A stretch of DNA of 64,000 nt from Mobula hypostoma (taxonomy: Eukaryota), in the NCBI RefSeq assembly GCF_963921235.1, contig NC_086106.1:17422001-17486000 (forward strand), written 5' to 3'. The stretch's first letter is position 1. Each line of letters starts with the position of its first letter. The notes under the pieces were generated by a model. That model was not told where the DNA came from, made no database searches, and worked only from the letters and a program-made list of their open reading frames with translations. The position numbers and the translations under genes are program-made. Below are positions 1 to 11,614 of the stretch, one piece after another.

Positions 1-199
1 ATTGATAAACCTGTGCCGAAGTTCGCATCCAAGATTGCTTTTTAAATGGTTCCGAGTCCCAAACCCAGACAGCCCCTTCCCCAACTACCTTGCGGCCGGG
101 CAGGTTTTATATTTCTGGAAGGCAGGTGTAGCTGGATGGTTGGCGAGCGGCAGAAACCCAGGTCCCGGGACAAGTTGCGCCCAGGACGACCTGACAATG

Positions 200-740
200 A
201 GCCGGGGCTTCCGGCCTCCTGCGGACACATATCCCACAATGCGCCGCGCCATCAAGCAACTTTATCTGATCAGCCAGCGCCCTCCGGGTCACGTGACGCC
301 CGACCCGCCGCCCGCACTACGCATGCGCCGTCGATCAAGGCGCCCCCCCCACCCACTCTACATCAAAGGCTCTGCGCCTGCGCGGTGCACACCCCCCCCC
401 CCGATTGTAGGCTCTCACAAGGACGGAGCGGGCGCGAGTCGACCGGCGGAGAACGGGGTGGGAGTCCGTTGGCCGGGGGGGGGCTGGGGAGAAAACACCG
501 ACCAGATGAGCCGCGGGTCGGGAAGCGGCCGCCGCAGCTGCCGGTTGGTTGGCCGAATCGATCGCCCACGTGACCGCGGCCCCCGGCCTCGCGTCGTGAC
601 GTCACGCGACTCCCGCCGCATGGCTCCTGATGGACGGTCGCCTTGGCCAATCGGAGCGCCGGGAGGACTCGGCCCCTTTGTTTGTTCAGCTAATTGGGGC
701 GTGACCTGGACCCCGGGGTCGATTCAGTTATCAATGGGCC
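200..740 (-). promoter_or_regulatory. ZNF-cluster promoter module, unit A (gene lies off the left edge)
   Basis: CpG-rich. The reverse strand carries the same ordered motifs as units C-F: CCAAT, GGTCACGTG, GGCCAAC, GCATGCGTAGT, GTCACGTG, GCTGATCAGATA and a ZNF143-like site (TCCCACAATGCGCCGCG at 232-248 on +). Bases 1-200 align to the intron of unit E (47250-47360). Confidence 0.75.
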
Positions 741-744
741 GTCA

Positions 745-1330
745 AGTTTATTGTCAATTAATGATAATAACCATATAATGTATATAGAAACCAGACAACC
801 AGGGTGTAAAGTACAGCAGTACACATAACGTGATAATTTATAAAGGTGAGGATTAAATCCACAGATGAATCACACATAAATAACTAACTAGATTAAATAT
901 TGTAAAGTTCGGAACAGATTAACCAGTGACAGTTCGAACACGATGTGGCAGGGGGTTCGGAAGCCGAATGGCCCGAGGATACAAACCGTCTCCCACCCTG
1001 ACCGTTCTTGTCTTTATGCATCGGAGTCTCCTGCCCGATGGTAGAAAGTCAAAGAGGAGGCTGGATGGACGGGTGGGATCCTTGTACGCAACGCTGCTGA
1101 TAAATCTCCCTGACGGGTGTTGTACGATCACCTCAGCCGTTCTCACAGTCCTTTGTAGGGACTTCTGGTCCGATGCTCTGCTGCTGCCGTAGCAGCTTTA
1201 TCCGGACCTCTCAGTGGTGCTCCTGCAAAACGCAGTTAAAATGCGGGGGGGGGGGGGGAGCCTTGCTTGCCTCGGTGTTCTCGGAAGTGGAGACGCTGCT
1301 GGCCCTTTTTTTCAGGGAGGTGATATTAAG
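745..1330 (-). mobile_element. LINE 3' fragment (Rex1/Babar-like), degenerate
   Basis: Reverse-strand TTTATTGTC tail plus a 'HPSGR...RCIKTRTVR..DGLYPRAIRL' C-terminal motif (ORF 919..1146). Confidence 0.6.
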
Positions 1331-1374
1331 GGACTAGGTGAAGTCATCGGGGATGTGAGCTTCCAGAAACCTGG

Positions 1375-1552
1375 GGGGAGGGGGGGATCGTTTCTCGCTG
1401 CCGCTTACGCGCGGGAGGGAGGGGAGCTGGGGGGCAGGACTTTGGGGTTCTAACATTCAACTGTCGTTCATTTAGTGGATAGTTGCAAAGAAAAAACATT
1501 TCAGGATGTATATTGTATACATTTCTCTGACATTAAATTGGACCTTTAAACC
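1375..1552 (+). repeat. Dispersed SINE-like repeat (inverted copy at ~60130-60360)
   Basis: GCTTACGCGCGGGAGGG...GATGTATATTGTATACATTTCTCTGACATTAAA recurs in reverse complement at 60130-60300. Confidence 0.65.
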
Positions 1553-1554
1553 TC

Positions 1555-1980
1555 TGAACGGCGCACGTAACACTCTCTACGGAGCAGCCATGTATTCGGG
1601 AGGGGGATGGTTTGTCTGCACCTTCCTGAAGTCCACAATGTCTTCTCCACGTTCAGGCTTAGGTTGTTCTTCTCACACCAATCCACCAGCCGCTCCACTT
1701 CCTCTCTATATTCCGTCTTGTCATCGTTCTTGATGAGGCCAACCACTGTTGTATCATCCATAAACTTGATGACCCAGGTGAGCTGGATCCTGCGCCAGCA
1801 GTGGGATGAACACACATCCTTGGGAAGCGCCAGTGCTCAGCACAATGGAACTAGAGACGTTGCTGCCCACACGGACTGACTGTGGCCTTACTGTTAGGAA
1901 CTGAGGACCCACTCCATCCAGCACAGGCCGTTTCTCATTTCAACATGAACACCCTCTCCATAGTCCTCTTTTGCAGAATA
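1555..1980 (-). mobile_element. Rex1/Babar LINE RT fragment
   Basis: ORF 1546..1815 reads IKFMDDTTVVGLIKNDDKTEYREEVERLVDWCEKNNLSLNVEKT. Confidence 0.8.
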
Positions 1981-2629
1981 TTTTATTGTAACCGATGGCA
2001 ACCGCGACGCCACGAAACACAACAATTCACGACCTCTAACAATGAACGTGAATCTGATCCTGAAGCCCACAGCGTATTCCTTTTCCTGGGCTTGGGGAAG
2101 GCGACCACTGAACCAGCCTCTTCCTTCACACACCTTTCCCCGCCGGCGCTGCCTCTGTCTGGAGCACTCTTGACTTCAATAAGGCTCCACCAACAAGCAC
2201 AACACGCCATGTATGCGGTACACTGGCAGGTTTCCACAGGTGCACTACATCACCTGAGGGGGGGGGGCAAAAATCTGTAAACTCAGTCAGCTCCACCTTC
2301 AGTCACAGTATTCAGGACATCTTCAAGGAACGATGCCTGAAATAGGTGGCGTCCATCATTAACACATTAACAACCCCCATCATTGCCACCATCAGGAAGG
2401 AGGTACAGGAGCCTGAAGGCACACACTCAGCGATTCAGGAACAGCTTCTTCCCCTCTGCCATCTGATTTCTGAATGGATATTGAACCCATGAACACTACC
2501 TCGCTACATTGCATGGTACTGCTCCTGCAAAAACAACATATGGCGGTTATATGTTCTGAACCAGACGGAGGTGATAAGGCCAGGGGAGAACAGAATCAGT
2601 TTGGGGAACAGAGAAAGAGAGGAGGGATC

Positions 2630-3403
2630 CCGGGAGGTTTTTGTGAATGGACAGCGTGTAGGGATCTCCACTATGTCTGAGTGTTTGCCCTGAACGTGCT
2701 TCACCCCGGATCTGCTGCCAGTAAATTCACCACCTCTCCACTCATTCTGTTCTGGGACCCCTGCTTTTGGAGATTTTTTTTTATACAAGGCTTGGATAAG
2801 GAAGGAGAAATGTGGGCTTGTAGCTTTGCAGGTGACACAAGTATTGGTGTTGTGGACGGTGTAGAAGATCGTTGTAGGTCGTTGATAAGATGCAGAGCTG
2901 GGCTGAGAGATGGCAGATGAAGATTAAGACAGAAAAATGCAAAACGATGCGGTGTGCACGGTCGAATCTGAAGACAGAGGACAGGGTTAAACACAGGATC
3001 ATTAGCAGGGAAGCAGCAAAGGGGTCTTGGCTCTACATTCAGAGATCCCCTACAGTTGCCGCGTAAGTTGATCGGCTGACTACGAATAGTGCTTTAGCCT
3101 TCAGTGGTCAGAGGATTTATTTCAAGGTCAGCAATACAGCTCTATAAAACTCCCCTTAGACCATGCTTGGAGTATCTTGGGTATAGCTCCTGCTGCCTCA
3201 TTATAGGAAGGATTAAGAGAGAGGGTGCGAGGTTCATGCTGCTGGGTGTTCTAGGAGACGTGCCACACACATGGTGTGTTGTGTTCGTTGGTGGAGGGTG
3301 ATGTGCTTTGCCTTAGTGAAGTCAAGAGAGTTCCAGACGGAGGCAGCGCCAGTGGGGAAAGGTGTGTGAAAGACCGATACGTTGGGGATATTTAAGAGAC
3401 TCG
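2630..3403 (+). repeat. Duplicated block (old CR1-like remnant), copy 1
   Basis: Near-identical to 11615-12391. Confidence 0.9.
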
Positions 3404-4195
3404 TGTCCAGCAACAAGAAAAGAAAGTTGGAGATCTGTGTGGCAGGGAAGTGTTAGGTTGATCGATGTCAGCTCAACATTGTGAGCTAAAGGGCTTCTGC
3501 TGTTCTAATTTTGGAATAAACAGACTGTATCATTGAAAGAACACTGATTTATTATTTTTTAACCACAGCATTATAATATGGCCCAGATTTTCACCCACTT
3601 CCCACGGCCAACACTGACAAAACACACCACAGATAACGTCCAGGGCTAATCCAATGGCGCCCCCACAACCAACACCTCTCCCACCCTCCGGGTCCCAGAG
3701 TATCCCAGCCCAGAACTTTATCAGTCAGTCCTGTCTCGTCACTGAGAGTCCAGATCCCAACCTGTGACTGCCAGGAGGGGCGTGGGGGCTCTGCAGAGGG
3801 TGCGGATGAAGTTCATCAGGACCCTGGGAGGATTGGAGGGCGTCAGCGAGACCGGCAGGTTGCAAAAACATGGGTTACGTTCTCTGGAACTTCTGGCAGA
3901 AGTGCTTCCAAGCCCCCCCCTCCCCTACCCCGTGCAATCAGCTCAATCAGTTTTATTGCTGGTTCGATAAGGACAATCAACGTCTATCTCTTCTCACTCC
4001 CTCTGACCGTGATATGCTGAGCCCACTTCCCCCTGCCTTCCACAACCACTCCAACACCACCCCCGCACTTCACCTTTCCTCCCTTGCCCCCTCCCTCCAT
4101 CCCACCCTATACTTCCCGTGAAATTTGGAAGGCAGAACATTAGGAAAGCTGTAGGCCCTGACGGTGTCTCTAAGGCACCGTGCACATCAGCCAAT

Positions 4196-4655
4196 AACAT
4201 ACATCAAAGTTGCTGGTGAACGCAGCAGGCCAGGCAGCATCTCTAGGAAGAGGTACAGTTGACGTTTCAGGCCGAGACCCTTCGTCAGGACTAACTGGAG
4301 GAAGAGTGAGTAAGAGATTTGAAAGTGGGAGGGGGAGGGGGAGATCTGAAATGATAGGAGAAGACAGGAGGGGGAGGGATGGAGCCAGGAGCTGGACAGT
4401 TGATTGGCAAAAGGGATATGAGAGGATCATGGGACAGAAGACCCAGGGAGAAAGAAAAGGGGGGGGGGAACCCAGAGGATGGGCAAGGGGTATAGTCAGA
4501 GGGACAGAGGGAGAAAAAGGAGAGTGAGAGAAAGAATGTGTGTATATAAATAAATAACGGATGGGGTACAAGGGGGAGGTGAGGCATTAGCAGAAGTTAG
4601 AGAAGTCAATGTTCATGCCATCAGGTTGGAGGCTACCCAGACAGAATATAAGGTA
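4196..4655 (-). mobile_element. Penelope-like element 3' part (GIY-YIG tail plus pLTR with hammerhead motif)
   Basis: Reverse complement of 60600-61030; flanked by the direct repeat ACATCAGCCA(A/G)TA at 4184 and 4656. Confidence 0.8.
4256..4296 (-). ncRNA. Minimal type-I hammerhead ribozyme motif (one stem-I mismatch)
   Basis: Reverse strand reads AGTTAGTC CTGACGA A GGGT-CTCG-GCCT GAAA CG TC AACTG. Confidence 0.7.
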
Positions 4656-5604
4656 ACATCAGCCAGTACCTGTCTTCACTGAGATATTTAACACCTCCCC
4701 GCAATTATGAAGGCCTCTGGATTGCCTTAAAGTTCCCAAAACTGTTTCAGTTCCCAAGAAAAACAAGATCACCTGGACTTAATGATTGTAGGACAGTTGC
4801 TCTGACTTCAATAGTTATGAAAACCTTTGAATGTTTGATACTGGCCTAAATTACGTCCATTACTGATCCTCTCCCTGACCCACTATAATTTGCTTATGGA
4901 GCAAAGCTCTCAATGGAGGATACAGTTAACTTGTGGCTTCATTATAGTCTTTAACATTTGAACTCCCCAACACCCAAGTTAGGATCTCGTTTGTTGATTC
5001 AACGCTACTGCTCTGGAGTTGCACCACAGTAAACTACCCCAACTAGCCATACCCTAGAGTACCTGTCAGTGGGTTACACACTTCCTGCCAGGAAGCAGGC
5101 ATGAGCCAAAGTTTGTCTCCCTGTCACCGACTAAAGTGCCGAGGAAGACTGAAACATCAAGGTGAATATGGAAGGCGAGGGTTCAGCACCAACTGCCTGG
5201 CGGGACCGCTCTGCTGCCCGAGTAGGATCCTGTGTAGCAGCTCGCTGTGCCTTGAGGGTAGGCCTGCCCGTTCCACCGGCGTCTCTTTCTTTCAATGATG
5301 TCAGAGGAACTTAATGAGGTTCTGTGTTTACCGAGTTGGACTGTGCACTTTCCCAGTTTTGTGTGTGTGTGTGTGTGTGTGGTGGTTTATGGTCATGTTG
5401 TCTTTCTTTTTTTGTGCGGGGGGGACGACGACTGCCGTTTCTGTTTGAACTGACTTCCAAGGTTTTCTATGTTTCTTGGCTATCTGGAGAAGACGAATCT
5501 CAGAGTTGTGTACTGCATACAAGCTTTAATAAATGAACCTTTGAACCTTCAGTACGTAAAGCTGGGCTCCCAATTGTCCAATCCAATGCCTATAAGCATA
5601 ACAT

Positions 5605-6190
5605 AAACTGGAGAAAGTCTGCAGATGCTGGAAATCCAGAGCAACACACATGCAAAATGCTGGAGGAACTCAGCAGGGCAGACAGCGTCTGTGGAGGGAA
5701 ATAAGCAGTGGACAATTCAGGCCGAGACCCTTCTTCAGGACGGAAATGGAAGGGGGATGACGCCAGAATAAAAATGTGGGGGAGGGGAGGGGAGGTAGGT
5801 TAGCTGAAAGGTGACAGGTGAAGCCAGGTGGGCCAGAAAGGTAAAGGGCTGGAGAAGGAGGAGAGGGGACCGTAGGAGAAAGGAGGAGGAGAGAACCGGG
5901 GGGAACTGATGGCAGGCAAAAAGAGGTGAAAGGCCAGAGTGGGGAATAGAAGAGGGGATGGGGAGAGGATTTTTTTTTTAAACCGTAAAGAACAATTGAT
6001 ATTCATGCCTTCAGATGGAATATAAGGTGCAGCTCCTCCACCCCGAGGACAGGTGAAGCACTTTGGCTGTTTGCCAGGATAAGTGCTGGGAGGGAGATGA
6101 GTGGGGAGGAACGAATGGACAAGGAAATCACGGAGGGAGCAATCCCTGCGGAAAGTCGGGGGGAGGGGGGTGGTAAAGATGCATTTCTTT
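5605..6190 (-). mobile_element. Older Penelope-like remnant with degenerate hammerhead (5706-5742)
   Basis: CTGCAGATGCTGGAAATC terminus; CTGAAGA core present but GAAA changed to GAAT. Confidence 0.65.
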
Positions 6191-6194
6191 CATC

Positions 6195-6900
6195 CCACCT
6201 CCCCTCAGTTTATACGAATGACAGTACCTCCACAGACAAATCCATTAAAATCCTAAAGTTTGTGGATGACACAAGTGCAGTTAGTCTCATCTCTAATAAC
6301 GATGTGACCTGTTTCCAAAGGGAGGTAGACTGTTTCATAGCACGATGTGCTCGTAACAACTTGGAGCTGAATGCTAACAAGACAGTGGAAATGAGGATCG
6401 ATTTCCACCGACAATACCCTACCTGCCCCCGCCCCCTTGGAAATGAATGGTCAGACTGCGTCTGTGGCTGAGTCATTCAAATTCCTGGGTCTACCGGTGA
6501 GGTGGGTCAAGCACTTTACACTCATCACCAGGAAAGCCCAGGAGAAATTGCTCTTCCTACACCAGCTTAGGAAACTTAACATCTCAGGGCATATCCTGAT
6601 GAATTTTTACTCATCCAGCATTGAGTGTTGTGACCATCTCTAACCATTCAGTTTCCTGCTGCCTCCACCCTCTCCAAGTCCAGGTTGCAGAGAGTACCCA
6701 CTCATTGAAGAAGATCAGCTACCAATATTAAAAGACCTGTTCATCACCAGAGCGAAGAGCTTGAAAAATTACTGCTGACTCCACCCACCCTAGCAGTCAC
6801 CAAATTGCCATTAGGGAGACTCCACAAGTCCATCACCACTGGCACTACACATCATTTCCAAAGTTTCTTCCCTGTAGCTATCCATTTTCTCAATAAAACT
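6195..6900 (+). mobile_element. Rex1/Babar LINE RT C-terminal remnant
   Basis: LKFVDDTSAVSLISNNDVTCFQREVD...NNLELNANKTVEMRIDF and ESFKFLG motifs. Confidence 0.75.
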
Positions 6901-7264
6901 CACTCAGGTGTAATGCCCTAAATATCCCTTCACAATATCTGTTAAATGGTCTTTCCTTCTCTCCTCGTTCTGTTGAAGATTACTTATAGTCTGTTCATAT
7001 GTTCACATTTATTTAAGTTTGATTATTGGCGTTTGCACACGTGATCGTTATGCTAACTGTTGATTGCTGTTTGCACTATTATCTTGTAAGTCACTGTTGT
7101 CCTGGGCTTTATGCTTGGCACGGAAGCACAACTGACTCTGGGACGTTTCAGATACCGGCAATGGAGACTGTGATTCTGGAGCAGCGGACGACGAAGGGAA
7201 ACCTCAAATTTTCTAAGGTTATCAGAGGCACAGATAGACAATCATCTGCAGGGAGGCCTTCAGA

Positions 7265-8120
7265 GGGTTAGAAGATCATGAGGTACAGATTGAGGGAACT
7301 GCCAGAGTGTTTTTCCCCAGGGTGAAATGTCAGACACGAGAGGGCACGGAGTTAAGGTGGGGGGGGGGGCAAATTCAAACGAGATGTGTGGGGAACGTTT
7401 TTATTTACACAGGGATGGCAGATACTGCAGACAACTTTAAAAGGGATTAGGCACAGCATAACATTGTGGGCCAAAAGGCCAGAGCAGTGCTGTAATCCGT
7501 AACGGCCAGCCATGTTTAAGACCATGAGACATGGGAGACTTGAGATCAAGAGCCGAGAGGTAATGTTGCAGCTATATAGGACCCTGGTCAGACCCCACTC
7601 AGAGTACTGTGCTCAGTTCTGGTCGCCTCACTACAGGAAGGATGTGGAAACCATAGAAAAGGTGCAGAGGAGATTTACAAGGATGTTGCCTGGATTGGGG
7701 AGCATGCCTTATGAAAACAGGCTGAGTGAACTCGGCCTTTTCTCCCTTGGAGCGATGGAGGATGAGAGGTGACCTGATAGAGGTGTATAAGAGGCATTGA
7801 TCGTGTGACTAGCCAGAGGCTTTTTCCCAGGGCTGGAATGGCTAACACGAGGGGGCTTAGTTTTAAGATGCTTGGAAGTAGGTACAGAGGGGATGTCAGA
7901 GGGAAGTTTCTCACACAGAGAGTGGTGGGTGTGTGGAATGCTCTGCCGGTGACGGTGGTGGAGGCGGATACAATAGGGTCTTTTAAGAGACTTAGACAGG
8001 TACATGGAGCTTAGAAAAATGGAGGGCTGTGCAGTTGGGAAATTGTGGGCAGCTTCATGGTTACACGGTCGGTACAATGCTGTGGGCCTGTAATGTGCCG
8101 TAGATTTTCTATGTTCCAAT
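7265..8120 (+). mobile_element. CR1 LINE 3' end(s)
   Basis: KSREVMLQLYRTLVRPHSEYCAQFWSPHYRKDVETIEKVQRRFTRMLPGL. Confidence 0.85.
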
Positions 8121-8870
8121 TAGGCCATTTGGCCCCTCAAGTCTGCTTCAATATTTCATCATGTCTGATCCATTTCCCTCTCAGCCTCAATCTCCCGCCT
8201 TCTCCCCGAATCCCTTCATGCCCTGACCAAACAAGAATCTATCAACCTCTGCTTTAAATACATGGAATGACTTGGCCTCCACGGCCGCCTGTGCCAACGA
8301 ATTCCACAGATTCACCACCCTCTGGCTAAAGAAATCCCTCCTCATCTCCGTTCTAGATGGCTGTCCCTCAGTTCTAAGGCTGTGTCCTCAGGCCCTAGTG
8401 ATTTATCTAGCTGCAGACCTTTCAGTTTCCCAAGCACCTTCTCCCTAGTGACGGCAACTTCACTCACTTCTCCCGCCTGTCCAGCATACTACTTGCGACT
8501 GCCACAGTGAACCGTGATATTCAGTTCCACTGCCATTTCCTTGTCCCCCATTACTACCTCTCCAGGGGTCCGATGTCTACTCTCACCTCGTATACCTGAA
8601 GAAACATTCGGTATCATCTTTAATATTATTGGCTACTTTACTTTCGTATTAACCTTCATAATCACTTTTTCAGTTGCCTTCTTAAAAGCGTCCCAGTCCT
8701 CTCAACTTCCCACTAGCTTTGGCTCTATTATATCCCCTCTCTTTTGCTTTGACTTCTCTTGTCGGCCATGGTTTCCTTTAGAATGTATCTATCCTGCGTC
8801 TTCCGATGGATCCTATCTCCCGATTCCCACAAAGTTCACTTCCAGAGGCACAGTCCAAAGGAGGAACTGA
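8120..8870 (-). mobile_element. Deleted CR1 LINE fragments
   Basis: Similar to segments of the CR1 copies at 14005-16840 and 51400-54960. Confidence 0.65.
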
Positions 8871-9039
8871 CGCGGACCTGCATCATTACCCCCACCCCCC
8901 TCACGATTCTATCAGGGGGGAATAAACTCAATATAATACAGGAGAAAACTCGCAGCTGAGGGGAAGAACAGGGCCACCAGGAAAGCACACAAACTTCTCC
9001 CCCCATCCTGACACACACACAGCACACAACGCCCCCCCA

Positions 9040-9753
9040 CCCCCGACTGTAGAGCACACCCAGCGACGGTGAGTGAGGGGTCTCCTGCAGTCAGGACAGG
9101 CAGAGCACCTCCGTCGCATGAGGGTCCACACTTTGGCCTCTGGAGCTGCGATGATCCGGCCCGCGGAGGGCGGAGGGCTTCTCCCCGGCGTGGTCTGCGC
9201 CCGGTGGTCCTGGAGCCGGGGCAGGAACGGGTCCGTTCGCCGGCGCGGGCACGCCGATGCTCCAGCGGGCTCGAGGGGTGGGCGAAGGCATTGCCTCTCC
9301 GGCACCGACAGCTCCTCGTCGCGAACCCGGGTTCAGGGAGCAGGCGAAGACCCCGCCACGCTCAGAGCCCGGGCCCTGCCTCTCCCCCACACGGTGCACT
9401 GGAGTCTCTGGAGCCGCGAAGACTGGGTGAGGCTCTTCCCACCGAGAGGGCGGGCAAAGGGCTCCTCCCGGTGCGCCTGCGGGTGTGAGAGGCGGGCGAA
9501 GGCCTTACTGCATAGCGTGCCGGGCAACGTACACACCCCTCCGTACACACCCGCTGTGCTCGGAGGCGAAGGCGTCGTCGGGCTCTCCTCCCAGCGGGCA
9601 GGGGGCACCGTCCGTCAGATACCAGCGCTCTCGACTCATTCTGCCAGACCTCGATGCGACTGTGTGTGGCCGGAGCCTTCTCTCTCCTGTCACACTGTTC
9701 GAGCTCTGTGACGCTGACGTGAAGGGAGTCTTTCCCAGCAGAGTGCCTGATAC
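9040..9753 (-). pseudogene. Heavily decayed C2H2 ZNF paralog (unit B)
   Basis: Acceptor TCTGTTCAG|GTATC at 9753 matches units E and F. The N-terminus reads LGGEPDDAFASE with ATG replaced by CTG at 9594. Broken fingers LPGTLCSKAFARLSHPQAHR, GKSLTQSSRLQR and CSACPDC; frameshifts. Confidence 0.8.
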
Positions 9754-9779
9754 CTGAACAGACAAACAGAAAACTTCTT

Positions 9780-10295
9780 CAGTACTGTGCAACAGTCTGA
9801 GGTTAACTACATCTTTTATACGGCCTCCACACGGCCCTGATCTCAACATCATCGAGGCTGTCTGGGATTACCTGGAGAGAGGGCAGCAAGCGAGACCGCC
9901 AAAGTCTGCAGGAGAGCTGTGGCAAGTTCTCCCAGATGCTCGGAACAACCACCGGCCGATTTTCCTATTAAAATGCACACCTTCTATTATTACTGATATA
10001 CTGTTCAGCTTGGTTGATAGTTTAACTCTTATTATACATATTGATATGTTGACTTGATTATTTTAACTTTTTTTTTGTTGTTGATTTTCAATAATAATTA
10101 ATAAAAATTTGAAAATGAAATAAAAACTGCACACCAGTGTACCTCAGAGAACTGATGCAGTTTTAAAAGGCAAAGGCTGGTCACACTAAATACTGGTTTA
10201 ATTTAACTCTTTACTGTTTACTGCTCTTTATAGTGATTTTTTTTTGCTATTCAGAAACTTTTCATTTCATGAACGTTTGAAAGCAGCTTCACTTT
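9780..10295 (+). mobile_element. Tc1-like transposon remnant inside the unit B intron
   Basis: Begins CAGTACTGTGCAA; encodes PPHGPDLNIIEAVWDYLER...KSAGELWQVL (the Tc1 catalytic-E motif). It is itself interrupted at ~9982-10122 by an A-tailed insert flanked by AAAA(C)TGCACACC. Confidence 0.75.
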
Positions 10296-10299
10296 GCAG

Positions 10300-10866
10300 A
10301 AACAGACATCAAAGTTGCTGGTGAACGCAGCAGGCCAGGCAGCATCTGTAGGAAGAGGTACAGTCGACGGTTCAGGCCGAGACCCTTCGTCAGGACTAAC
10401 TGAAGGAAGAGTTAGTAAGAGATTTGAAAGTGGGAGGGAGAGGGGGAGATCCAAAATGATAGGAGAAGACAGGAGGGGGAGGGATGGAGCCAAGAGCTGG
10501 ACAGGTGATAGGCAAAAGGGATATGAGAGGATCATGGGACAGGAGGTCCGGGAGAAAGACAAGGAGGGGGGGAGAAACCCAGAGGATGGGCAAATAGTGA
10601 GAGGGACAGAGGGAGAAAAAGGAGAGAGAGAGAAAGAATGTGTGCATAAAAATGAGTAACAGATGGGGTACGAGGGGGAGGTGGGGCCTTAGCGGAAGTT
10701 AGAGAAGTCGATGTTCATGCCATCAGGTTGGAGGCTACCCAGACGGAATATAAGGTGTTGTTCCTCCAACCTGAGTGTGGCTTCATCTTTAGAGTAGAGG
10801 AGGCCGTGGATAGACATGTCAGAATGGGAATGGGATGTGGAATTAAAATGTGTGGCCACTGGGAGA
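10300..10866 (-). mobile_element. Penelope-like element 3' part; hammerhead motif at 10361-10401 has GAAA changed to GAAC
   Basis: Reverse complement of 60490-61030; flanked by TTTGCAG. Confidence 0.8.
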
Positions 10867-11249
10867 TTTGCAGGATTTTTATTTACATCTGCCTACATTC
10901 ACAGTGATAAACGTTATAGCCTTCCTCCGTAATTGTAGCACATAATTCTATTTTACCACTATGTATGGCATGACCTGTCTGGATGGCTTGACGCCTACAA
11001 TTTTTTAAAAAAGTATTCGAATGGAAATGTTCAGTTATAAATCAAAACTTATAACAAGGTGCCGAGGTTCGAATCAAATTTCACTTTTTAAATTGGTCCC
11101 GAGCCCCAAATCCAATTAATTCTTTCCCATCCCAGCGAATTTCCCTTTTGTCTGCTTCTCAAAGGCACACCAAGCTGAAATGTTAAAGGGGGCAGGGGGC
11201 AAATACAGGCACTGAAATCGAAGTATTCAAGAACACTTGCATCAAGAAT

Positions 11250-11570
11250 ATTCAGCAGAGATCTGGACGTAGCCCCAGGAATTCTGCTCGTCCACAGAAC
11301 ATCCCACAACGCTCGTCACCAGAAGCCAGATTCATTGCTGCCTGGCCTGCTGAGCTCCTCCAGCGTTTTGGGCGTGCTGGTCGGATTTACAGCGTCTGCT
11401 GATTTTCTCTTGCTTGATCAGCCGGCGTCCCCTGGAACCCGTCGAAAGCTGCGCGTGCTCAGACGTCCGGGCCCCAGCTCCACGCTAAATCACCTGCGCG
11501 TTGGACACCACTTGGCCGTTGGTTCCCACGCAACGGCGGGGCAGGGGTCGCAAATGGGATACTTGGAGGG
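11250..11570 (-). promoter_or_regulatory. Degenerate promoter module, unit B, split by a Penelope tail fragment (~11335-11412)
   Basis: TGATCAGCC, CTGCGCGTGCTC, TCCCACAAC and TTGGCC occur in the family order. Bases 10890-11240 align to the introns of D, E and F (e.g. GCCATCCAGACAGGTCATG). Confidence 0.65.
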
Positions 11571-11614
11571 CGGGGCAGGGGTCGCAAATATGGATATTTG
11601 GAGGGCAGGACCCC

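Larger units (their letters stand above)
4115..5095 (+). mobile_element. Rex1/Babar LINE RT remnant interrupted by a Penelope-derived insertion
   Basis: Translatable remnants RKAVGPDGVS and VPKKNKIT..LNDCRTVALTSIVMKTFE. Confidence 0.65.

Noticed and set aside
2-778. 258-aa ORF and other ORFs over the promoter modules
   Set aside because: Low-complexity Arg/Pro/Gly translations of GC-rich DNA; not conserved in frame among the six copies.
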